Part shown: positions 29,076 through 37,516 of the stretch, piece after piece
How positions within the stretch are numbered: position 1 is the stretch's first letter
Layout of the letters: each line of letters begins with the position of its first letter
NCBI GenBank assembly: GCA_020632415.1
Contig: JACKFO010000002.1
Span: 119,947-183,946, forward strand
Direction of reading: 5' to 3'
Origin: Candidatus Nomurabacteria bacterium
GTDB lineage: Bacteria > Patescibacteriota > Patescibacteriia > UBA1558 > GWA2-36-10
DNA: 64,000 nucleotides
Made by a program: the position numbers and the translations under genes
The notes under the pieces: generated by a model
What the model saw: the letters and a program-made list of their open reading frames with translations, nothing else
Database searches by the model: none
What the model was told of the DNA's origin: nothing

Positions 29076-30114
29076 TAGTTTGGGAGTTGGCGGAGCAGAA
29101 AGGATGGCAGTCAATCAAGTTAATGAGATGATTAGGCGCGGTTTTAAGGTTCGACTTTTGACTTTAAAATTAGAATCAGAAAAATCTTTTTTAAAGGACT
29201 GTTTAATTGAGCAAAAAAATTGGAAAATTATTAATTTTGGTAGTCTATTTAATTTTTTTAGTTGGCTAAAAGTATTTTTTTATCTTAAAAAAGAGCATCC
29301 AGATTTGGTGATTAGTCATTTGTGGTTTTCAAATTTAATTTCTAGAATTGTCTGTAAAATTTTAAATTTAAAAATATTATCTTTTGAGCAAAACGTCTAT
29401 GATTCAGTGAAGACTAAAAAAATGTTTTTTATTGATCGACTTTTGCAAGGATTGGCTTTTAAAATTGTTGCTGTTTCAGAGGTTGTAAAAAGATCATTGA
29501 TTAGTCATGGGATAAAAGAGGATAAAATAGTAGTTATTTATAATTCCGTAGATTTAGAGGCCTATCAAAATGTTGAGGTAGATCAAGAGATGTCAAAAGA
29601 TAAAAATTTTAAATTTTTATATGTTGGTAGGTTGATAAATCAAAAAGGTTTGGACACTTTAATTAAAGCTTTTGCAAAGACCAAGGGCGCAAATCTTTAT
29701 TTACTTGGTCAAGGTCAAGATCGTGAGCGGCTTGAAAAATTAGCTGAAGAAAAAGGCGTGAGAGATAGGGTATTTTTTTGGGGGGTAAGGGATAATGTTT
29801 CGAAAGTTATTGCAGCAGCCGACTCTTTTGTTTATCCTTCAAGACACGATGGTTTTAGCTTGGTTTTATTGGAGGCTTTAGCTTCAAAAAAGCCGGTAAT
29901 AGTTTCTGATTTTTTTTCGAATCTTGAAGTTGTGGAAGATGGAAAAAGCGGTTTAGTTTTTCCTGTTGACAATATCGAATCTTTGACTGAAAAGATGAAT
30001 TTGATTATGAATAATGAAAAAATAAGAATAGATTTATCATTTTTTGCTGGAGAGAGAGTGAAAGATTTTTCTATTACAAATCATATAAATAAAATCATTG
30101 AATATGCAAAATAA
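29050..30114 (+). CDS. glycosyltransferase family 4
   Basis: FVYPSRHDGFSLVLLEALASKKPVIVSD...VEDGKSGLVF. Confidence 0.85.
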   Translation: MKKILVVINSLGVGGAERMAVNQVNEMIRRGFKVRLLTLKLESEKSFLKDCLIEQKNWKIINFGSLFNFFSWLKVFFYLKKEHPDLVISHLWFSNLISRIVCKILNLKILSFEQNVYDSVKTKKMFFIDRLLQGLAFKIVAVSEVVKRSLISHGIKEDKIVVIYNSVDLEAYQNVEVDQEMSKDKNFKFLYVGRLINQKGLDTLIKAFAKTKGANLYLLGQGQDRERLEKLAEEKGVRDRVFFWGVRDNVSKVIAAADSFVYPSRHDGFSLVLLEALASKKPVIVSDFFSNLEVVEDGKSGLVFPVDNIESLTEKMNLIMNNEKIRIDLSFFAGERVKDFSITNHINKIIEYAK

Positions 30115-30880
30115 TAATTCTAATTCAAAAATAGAAGCTTATTTGAGCAAGAGATTTAAAAATTCTGATTCTTATGAATTAGATCATTTGCGAAGTGATT
30201 GGGAACATAAGGAAAAAAGCTCTTTTGGAGTGCTCAATGATTTTAAAAATAGAATAGGAAGTCCAAATGGAAAAAAAGTTTTGGACATTGGCTTTGGCAA
30301 TGGTATTATGACCAAAGTCTTTTTTTCCGAAGGGGCTATTATGAGCGGCATTGAGGTAGATGATTTTCTTTTTGAGATAGCCAAAGAATACTTGAATGAA
30401 CTAAGCATTGATGTTGATCTGAAACTTTACGATGGAAAAAAGTTTCCTTTTGACGATGATTATTTTGATTATATTTATAGTACAAGTGTTTTAGAGCACG
30501 TGGATGATTCAGAGCTTTTTTTATCAGAAGCAAGCAGAGTCTTGAAAAGTGGCGGTAAAATTTACTTAGCTTTTCCAAATAGATTTGCTTTGCGTGATAG
30601 TCATAGTGGAGTTTATTTTTTGGGTTATTTCCCTAGATTTATGTCTCAACTTATTTTGAAATTATTAAAAAAAGGGTCGTTAGAAGATTGGAATTTACAC
30701 TTTTTGAGTTATTTTTCAATATTAAAGATTATTAGAAAAAATAAATTGCCTTTAGAAATTAAGATGGAAACAAATTCAAAATATTTTTTTAGAAAGTTGG
30801 TTAAAAAATTTTTAGCAATTTTTAATATTCATTATGGAGCTTTGTTGTCTAGCATTGTTATTATTATAGAAAAAAAATAA
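30104..30880 (+). CDS. class I SAM-dependent methyltransferase
   Basis: VLDIGFGNGIMT and FDYIYSTSVLEHV are present. The ATG at 30104 is preferred over the TTG at 30098. Confidence 0.8.
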   Translation: MQNNNSNSKIEAYLSKRFKNSDSYELDHLRSDWEHKEKSSFGVLNDFKNRIGSPNGKKVLDIGFGNGIMTKVFFSEGAIMSGIEVDDFLFEIAKEYLNELSIDVDLKLYDGKKFPFDDDYFDYIYSTSVLEHVDDSELFLSEASRVLKSGGKIYLAFPNRFALRDSHSGVYFLGYFPRFMSQLILKLLKKGSLEDWNLHFLSYFSILKIIRKNKLPLEIKMETNSKYFFRKLVKKFLAIFNIHYGALLSSIVIIIEKK

Positions 30881-30881
30881 T

Positions 30882-32720
30882 ATGTTTTTAAAAACAGATT
30901 GGAGTGATTATTTGCATCAAATTAGAAAAAAAGAAATAGATATTATTTTTTCTTATTTTAAAAAAGATTTTTTTAACCATGGTCTTGAAATTGGCGCTGG
31001 AGATGGTTATCAAACACAGTTTCTTTTTACAAAATGCAAATCATTTATTTCTTCGGACTTGAACTTTGAAAGAATTAAAAAAGAAAACAAAAAAAATGAC
31101 GTTAAATATATAAAGTTAGATGCTGATAAAATGAGCGATTATTTTCCAGCTGATAAATTTGATTTTATTTTTTCTTCAAATGTCTTAGAGCATCTTTCTA
31201 ATGTAGATAACTTTTTGAAAGAAAATTATAGGATACTTTCTGACGATGGGATTTCTGTGCATATTGTGCCAAATAGATTTATGAAATTTTTTTATCTCTT
31301 ATTTTTTTATTTGCACATTTTTTCTTTAAGTGTTGATAGATTTTTTGGTTTATTCAGTGGAAAAAAGATATTTCGTGGTTCTGGTATTAATTTAGAAAAT
31401 AATATAAACTCAGTCAAAATAAAAGAAAAAAAGTTAGGGAAAATAAAAAAACTATTTTTACCACAAATACACGGAAATTATCACAGTCATGTCGAAGAGT
31501 GGAGAAGCTGGGGTCTTAAGAAATGGAGGAATAAATTTTTAGCCGCTGGATTTATCGTTGAGAAAGAAATGAAAGGACCTATTTTTTCTGGTTATGGATT
31601 CGGATTTAATGTTTTAAGGGCTATATTTGAAAAATTAGGAGTATCATCAGAGTATATCTATGTTTTGAGAAAAAAAGTCGATTATAAAATTAAGCCTAAA
31701 GAAATCGATGAATTAAGAGTTGCGATTATAACAGCTGTTAGTGGTGGAGGATATTTAACAAATACTGTAATAGACGGATTTTTGGATTTAAAAAATAGCG
31801 GAAAAAATATTAGTATTGGAATTCCGGATCATTACCCAGTAAAAATGTTTGATCAACATCTTTCTAGATTCAAAGAACAGGATTTTATTAATTTTTCTAA
31901 AACAGCTGATCTTATTTTTTGCGCATATACTGACGGTGGTTTGACTGATTATAAATTACTTAAAAAAATTGATTTATATAAAAATCTGATTGTTTTAGAT
32001 GGTTCTGAGACCAAGGGTACTGGACGTAGTAATTTTGAGGTTCAAAAAAAAATCATCAATCTCTCTTATGATAAATTTGGTGCAATTGATAACGATTTGT
32101 TAAAAAAATGCGCTCTATATTTTAGAAGGGAAAAACCTTATTTAAATAATATCATTCCCTTGCCTTATGGCATAGAAAGAAGGTATAAGGTTTACGATAA
32201 AAACTTTAAGAAAGACATAGACTTTGTTTGCATTTTTGGACAAGAGGATTTTTCGCCAATGAGAAAATATTGCCGTGAGATGTTAGAAGATTTTTGTAAA
32301 AAAAATAATCTTATTTGTGTGACAAAAAAAACCAAAGGATTTTCATTTGATTCGGGAAAAACTGTTGGTCGCGATGAGTTTTATGAGTTGCTTGCTCGCG
32401 CAAAGGTTGGGATTTCTGTTAGTGGCGGTGGTTATGATACCGCCAGGTTTTGGGAAACTTTGGCTAATAATTGTTTGCTTTTAACAGAGAAAATAGACAT
32501 TTTTAATCCAGAAGATAAAAAGCTTGATTATAAAAGAATTTGGGAATTTGGGAATTTATTTGATTTTCAATATCAGTTAGAAAAAATTAGTAGTTATCTG
32601 AAGAGTGAGTACAACGTAGAGTCTCTATCGGAAGAATACCAGCAAATATTGAACAAGCATTCTTCTAGAGCAAGGGTTGAAGAAATCTTAAGTGAAGTAA
32701 AAAAAAGAGGGATTTTATAA
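30882..32720 (+). CDS. fusion protein: N-terminal class I SAM methyltransferase plus C-terminal GT-B/CgeB-like putative glycosyltransferase domain
   Basis: The N-terminus has GLEIGAGDGYQT and FDFIFSSNVLEHL. The C-terminal ~350 aa have GT1-like ...SGGGYDTARFWETLANNCLLLTE... Confidence 0.6.
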   Translation: MFLKTDWSDYLHQIRKKEIDIIFSYFKKDFFNHGLEIGAGDGYQTQFLFTKCKSFISSDLNFERIKKENKKNDVKYIKLDADKMSDYFPADKFDFIFSSNVLEHLSNVDNFLKENYRILSDDGISVHIVPNRFMKFFYLLFFYLHIFSLSVDRFFGLFSGKKIFRGSGINLENNINSVKIKEKKLGKIKKLFLPQIHGNYHSHVEEWRSWGLKKWRNKFLAAGFIVEKEMKGPIFSGYGFGFNVLRAIFEKLGVSSEYIYVLRKKVDYKIKPKEIDELRVAIITAVSGGGYLTNTVIDGFLDLKNSGKNISIGIPDHYPVKMFDQHLSRFKEQDFINFSKTADLIFCAYTDGGLTDYKLLKKIDLYKNLIVLDGSETKGTGRSNFEVQKKIINLSYDKFGAIDNDLLKKCALYFRREKPYLNNIIPLPYGIERRYKVYDKNFKKDIDFVCIFGQEDFSPMRKYCREMLEDFCKKNNLICVTKKTKGFSFDSGKTVGRDEFYELLARAKVGISVSGGGYDTARFWETLANNCLLLTEKIDIFNPEDKKLDYKRIWEFGNLFDFQYQLEKISSYLKSEYNVESLSEEYQQILNKHSSRARVEEILSEVKKRGIL

Positions 32721-33977
32721 GTCTCTCTTTTTTAAGTTATAAGATAGTGTTAGAGAAAAAATATTACTGATCATTTTCCCTAAAATAGCGCCCCAAATAC
32801 CATAAAAATATATTAGGCCAATTGTTATCAAAATAGTAAATGCGGGATTGGCTATATTAAAAATAAATATTTTGTTTGAACGAGTCGCAAATAAAGATGT
32901 TATTGGTAAATTTCCAGCAAGATAAATAACAGCAGATAATATATAAATTTGAGAATAAACTATAGACTCTAAATATTGAGGAAAAAATACCTTAAAGATA
33001 AAAGGGGCTGCAAAAATATAAAGTAGTCCTATGGCCAGGGAAAAAATTAGTAATTGAATTGTTTTTTGAAAGATGTTTTTTGTTTGATTACCAGTACTTT
33101 CTTTTTCGGATAATTTTGGCAAGGCCATAGTTATGGCTGGTTTGAATAAGTTAATTATTCTTTCTGGTATATTTGCCGCAAAAGAATAAATAGCTAGAGC
33201 AGCAGCTCCTTGAAAGTAGAAGATGGCTAAACTTGGCACGCTGAATGCAACGAGAGGAAGGATGTTCGACAGGCTTAATTTTTTTCCATATTTTATCGCT
33301 TCATCGTCTCTGTTCTGGTTAAATTGGTATTTTTTTGTTAGTCTGATGTAAATAATAAGATTACTAAAGACTAATAGTAGAAAATTGATACTTATTAATA
33401 AGGTAATATTTTTAATGAAAACTACCCCAAGAATCATTCCTAGGTAGTATATAAAATTTATAAATTGATTATTAAGGAAAATATTTTTAAAATCTTTTTT
33501 CCCCTGTAGAAAAGCAACCCAGGTGTTTAAAGTGTTATTAAGAGGTATTAATAAACCAATTATTAAAATACCCAGAGAGATGCTTAATGTGTTATTTAAA
33601 AAATAGAAGTAGTATACAAATAGCAACAAAGAGAATAAAAACGGAATAAATAAAAATTTAATTTGTTCTCTTATCGCTTGTTTGAATACTTGGTCAGAAC
33701 CTTTGGCGACAGATTGAGTCACAGCTATGTTTATGCCAGTTAATGTGAGAGTTCCTATGATCGTGGATAGGGAAATAAGAAATTGATAGTTACCGTAATT
33801 TTCTTTACTTAAAAAATTTGCAAATAGTATTGATAAAATTAGAGCCAAAAGACTTGAGCCTAGGGTATTAAGATTTAACCAAAAACCACCTTTGCTTAAG
33901 TAAACCATGTCGGTTTTAGTGTATTTTTCACTCCAACGTAAAATTTGGTAGATTTTATTGCGTAATTTAGCCAACAT
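32715..33977 (-). CDS. Wzx-type oligosaccharide flippase (MOP / polysaccharide-biosynthesis family)
   Basis: It is 420 aa with about 12 TM helices. The N-terminus fits the polysacc_synt pattern, including ...ENYGNYQFLISL... An SD AGGAAG lies upstream. Confidence 0.75.
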   Translation of the reverse strand: MLAKLRNKIYQILRWSEKYTKTDMVYLSKGGFWLNLNTLGSSLLALILSILFANFLSKENYGNYQFLISLSTIIGTLTLTGINIAVTQSVAKGSDQVFKQAIREQIKFLFIPFLFSLLLFVYYFYFLNNTLSISLGILIIGLLIPLNNTLNTWVAFLQGKKDFKNIFLNNQFINFIYYLGMILGVVFIKNITLLISINFLLLVFSNLIIYIRLTKKYQFNQNRDDEAIKYGKKLSLSNILPLVAFSVPSLAIFYFQGAAALAIYSFAANIPERIINLFKPAITMALPKLSEKESTGNQTKNIFQKTIQLLIFSLAIGLLYIFAAPFIFKVFFPQYLESIVYSQIYILSAVIYLAGNLPITSLFATRSNKIFIFNIANPAFTILITIGLIYFYGIWGAILGKMISNIFSLTLSYNLKKRDL

Positions 33978-33978
33978 A

Positions 33979-35346
33979 TTATCTTCCTAAGCTTCTGTTA
34001 AAAATCGTATTGATGGTTTTTAAAATAATTGAGATGTCCAAAGCAATGCTTTGATTTTTTACATAAAATAAATCGTATTGAAGTTTTTCTTTAGCATCTT
34101 CAATAGAAGCTCCATAAGGAAAGTTGATCTGCGCCCAGCCAGTTAAGCCTGGTTTGATTAGGTGTCTTTCATTGTAGAAGGGGATTTCTTGCTTCAAAAT
34201 TTCTACAAATTCTGGTCTTTCTGGACGGGGACCGACAAAACTCATCTCACCTTTGATAATGTTCCAAAATTGAGGGATTTCATCAATTCTGGTTTTACGA
34301 ATAATTTTGCCAATTTTAGTAATTCGAGCATCTTTTTCTTTTGCCCATTGCGCGCCGGTATTTTTTTCAGCATCTTTTTTCATGGAACGGAATTTATAAG
34401 CATAGAATTCCTTACCACCCAAACCAACTCTTTTTTGTTTGTAAATCAGCGGGCCATTACTTTCTAGCTTGATGAGCAAGGCTAGAAATGGTAGGAAAAC
34501 TAAAGAGATCAAACCAAAAAGAATGGCAAAAAATAAATCATAAATTCTTTTAATAATTTGAAACCAATCATTATTTTTTTGGCTTAAATTTTCAAAAAAC
34601 CAGCTTCTTTCTAAATCTGTTACGGGAATTTTGCCAGTGATTTTTTCATAAAAATCTATTAAGTTGCTATAAGTAATCTTTAAGTCAATACTTTCAAATA
34701 AATAGCGGGCAACTTCTGGACTATATTTTGGATTGTTGACTACTACTACGGTATTGATTTTATATTTTTCAAGGTCTTTTTTTAAGTTTGCCAAATCTTT
34801 GGTACTAGGAATGATTTGAAATTTTTCAGGGATATTTAATGACTCCGGGTTAATAAATAATTTTAATTTATATCCCAAATGTGGTTGAGTGATTATTTCT
34901 TGGGCAAGGAGTAGCGACTCAGGGTTGATGCCAATGATTGCTAGATTATTAGATAGTCTGATGCTAGAAAGAAGGGAAAAGAATATTTTTCGCCAAATAA
35001 TCCAGAGAATTGCAAAGATTAAAATTAAGATGATCAAAACTTTTTGTGGTCTTAAGTTACTGAATCTTCCTAGGATCAAATAAAAGAAGGAAAAAGCCAG
35101 TAAAGTATTGACGATTAAATTATTGATTAGTTGTCCGTAAAATTTATAATCATTTTTTACTTTACGGATTTCGTATAGACCATTGATGAAAAAGACAATT
35201 AACCAAAGGGCAAAGACAATGCTAAAGGGCCAAAGGTGCTCTTGTAAGAGTTCCCAGCTAAAATATTGATAACGAATAAATAAGGTTATGACTAAACTGA
35301 AATAAAGTAGTATAATGTCAGTAAGCAAAAGGATTGTTTTTTTCAT
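33979..35346 (-). CDS. initiating polyprenyl-phosphate hexose-1-phosphate transferase (WbaP/PssY-type bacterial sugar transferase)
   Basis: It has N-terminal TM helices. The C-terminus PLIYKQKRVGLGGKEFYAYKFRSM...DEIPQFWNIIKGEMSFVGPRPERPEF is the conserved bacterial sugar transferase domain. Confidence 0.85.
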   Translation of the reverse strand: MKKTILLLTDIILLYFSLVITLFIRYQYFSWELLQEHLWPFSIVFALWLIVFFINGLYEIRKVKNDYKFYGQLINNLIVNTLLAFSFFYLILGRFSNLRPQKVLIILILIFAILWIIWRKIFFSLLSSIRLSNNLAIIGINPESLLLAQEIITQPHLGYKLKLFINPESLNIPEKFQIIPSTKDLANLKKDLEKYKINTVVVVNNPKYSPEVARYLFESIDLKITYSNLIDFYEKITGKIPVTDLERSWFFENLSQKNNDWFQIIKRIYDLFFAILFGLISLVFLPFLALLIKLESNGPLIYKQKRVGLGGKEFYAYKFRSMKKDAEKNTGAQWAKEKDARITKIGKIIRKTRIDEIPQFWNIIKGEMSFVGPRPERPEFVEILKQEIPFYNERHLIKPGLTGWAQINFPYGASIEDAKEKLQYDLFYVKNQSIALDISIILKTINTIFNRSLGR

Positions 35347-35416
35347 AATATTTTTAAGTATTTTCTATATTATAATAAAAATCATATTTTTTGTCAAATA
35401 AAATTAATTTCAAATT

Positions 35417-37516
35417 ATGTCAAAATTAAGTAAATATCTGTGGTGGAGTACTGTTGTTTTTAGTTTAGCAATTCTATTTGCGCCGCTAATTATAAATGGT
35501 AATTTTTATTTTCCTTTTATTGTGCCACGAAATCTGTTTTTCCGAATGCTCGTGGAACTTTCTTTTTTTAGTTATTTAATTTTAATCATTTTAGATCAGA
35601 ATTTTCGACCAAAATTTAATAAAGCTTATTTAATTTTTTTATTTTTTATTTTAAGTTTAACGATTTCTAGTTTGCTAGCTGGAAATTTTGGCTTTTCTTT
35701 TTGGAGTAATTTTGAGAGAATGGATGGTTTGTTAAATTGGTATCATTTGGCAGCCTATGTTTTTGTGTTGTTAGGAATTTTTGGTCACGATCAAAAGAAG
35801 ATTTTTTTATTCCTCAAGATTTCTTTAATTCCAGCCTTCCTAGTAGCTTTGATTGCTGTTGGTCAAAGATTGAATTTAAGTTTTGTCCTAGAGTCTTCTG
35901 GTGGCACCAGACTTGCTTCTACTTTGGGAAATGCTGCCTATGTTGGCTCGTATATGTTTTTGCATATTATCATTGCCCTTTATTTATTTTTTAAAGAAAA
36001 AGCCAAGAAATATTGGCAGTTTATTTATGCGTTTTTGATTATTTTATTTACTTGGACTTTGATTGGTACTTCTACTCGAGGTTCATTTTTGGGTTTAATT
36101 TTATTTATTTTTTTGTTAGGACTTTTCTTTTTGTGGTTCAAAAGAAAGCAAAAAAATCTTCAGTATTGGCTAGTTTTATCTCTAGCGGCTATTTCTATTA
36201 TTTTCGTTGTTGCTCTTTTTTTACAAAAAGATAGCGCTTGGGTTAAAGGCGTTCCTTTATTTAGTAAGATAGCTAATATTTCTTTGACCGACACAACTAC
36301 TCAGTCTCGTTTAGTCATTTGGCGCAATAGCTTGAGTGGTTTTCAGGGAAAGCCAATTTTTGGTTGGGGAGAAGAAAATTTTACCCAAGTTTTTAATAAA
36401 TATTTTCCAATTGAAATATTTCACGATACTGGCTCAGAAGTTTGGTTTGATCGTCCACATAATATCTTGGTCCAACATTTGATTCAAGGCGGAATCGTGG
36501 GTTTGGGTCTATATTTGGGAATTTTTATCTACCTGATCATTTTGCTTTATCGTCGACAAAAAAAAGATCAAGATTGGCTAAGCTTTTCTTTTTGGTCAGC
36601 GTTTTTGTTAAGCTTTTTGTTTCAAGATTTATTTATTTTTGACAATGTCAATGTCAATGTAGTCTTTTATTTTATTCTGTCATTTTTGTTTAGTTTGGAT
36701 GCCAAAGTTTATTTTGCTAAATATTCTTGGAAAAAATATCAGAAAATTTTTGTTTTATTGAGTTTTTGTTTATTTTTATTAAGTCTTAATTTTTTTATTA
36801 TTCGCCCTTATTATGCTAATACTTTATTAGTTCAAACCTTGCAGGCAGTTCCGGTGATTAATAATGATCAGGACTTAGAAATCGTTTTAAAAAATTGGGA
36901 AAAATCCTTTAAACTTACTAGACAAGGCGATAAAGAAAAGGTGCAAAATTTGTATCGTTTATCTCTAACTTTTGCTCAAAATCAAAATTTAAGCGTTGAA
37001 GCAAGATCGAATTTTATTTTGGCTACTGAAAATTATTTTGAAATTTTAAAAAATAGATATCCACAAGACGTTAGGTCAAATTTATTTTTATCAAATTTTT
37101 ATCAAAGTTTATCTAGTTTCAAGCCAGAGTACATTGAAAAAAATATTAGTTTATTAAATCATTTACAAGAACTCGCTCCAAATCGACCAGATATTTTATT
37201 GAACTTAACTACAGCTTACCTGATGTCCGGAAAAATAGAAGAAGCTCAGATTTCAGCCGATCATTTGAGGGACTTAGCTCCATGGGCGAAAGCAGTTTAT
37301 TGGAATAGTTTCAAAGTAGATACTAGCCTTGGAGATTTTGAAAAAATAAAAAAAGACCTAGATAAAATTGTGGAAATTAATCAGAGTAGTTCGAAATTAA
37401 ATTTTACGGAGCAAGAGTTAGGTCAAATTAATAGCTTTTTGGCTTATGTTCAAGAAAACGATAATCAAGCGTTGGAAGATTTATTGTTAAAGTATTTGTC
37501 ATTAAAAAATGAATAA
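35417..37516 (+). CDS. Wzy_C-domain (O-antigen ligase / O-oligosaccharyltransferase / polymerase-like) membrane protein with a C-terminal TPR-like domain
   Basis: It is polytopic, with RLVIWRNSL...PIFGWGEENF...FDRPHNILVQHLIQGGIVGL (Wzy_C HNxxL..E.G motif). The C-terminal ~220 aa are soluble and helical-repeat-like. Confidence 0.75.
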   Translation: MSKLSKYLWWSTVVFSLAILFAPLIINGNFYFPFIVPRNLFFRMLVELSFFSYLILIILDQNFRPKFNKAYLIFLFFILSLTISSLLAGNFGFSFWSNFERMDGLLNWYHLAAYVFVLLGIFGHDQKKIFLFLKISLIPAFLVALIAVGQRLNLSFVLESSGGTRLASTLGNAAYVGSYMFLHIIIALYLFFKEKAKKYWQFIYAFLIILFTWTLIGTSTRGSFLGLILFIFLLGLFFLWFKRKQKNLQYWLVLSLAAISIIFVVALFLQKDSAWVKGVPLFSKIANISLTDTTTQSRLVIWRNSLSGFQGKPIFGWGEENFTQVFNKYFPIEIFHDTGSEVWFDRPHNILVQHLIQGGIVGLGLYLGIFIYLIILLYRRQKKDQDWLSFSFWSAFLLSFLFQDLFIFDNVNVNVVFYFILSFLFSLDAKVYFAKYSWKKYQKIFVLLSFCLFLLSLNFFIIRPYYANTLLVQTLQAVPVINNDQDLEIVLKNWEKSFKLTRQGDKEKVQNLYRLSLTFAQNQNLSVEARSNFILATENYFEILKNRYPQDVRSNLFLSNFYQSLSSFKPEYIEKNISLLNHLQELAPNRPDILLNLTTAYLMSGKIEEAQISADHLRDLAPWAKAVYWNSFKVDTSLGDFEKIKKDLDKIVEINQSSSKLNFTEQELGQINSFLAYVQENDNQALEDLLLKYLSLKNE

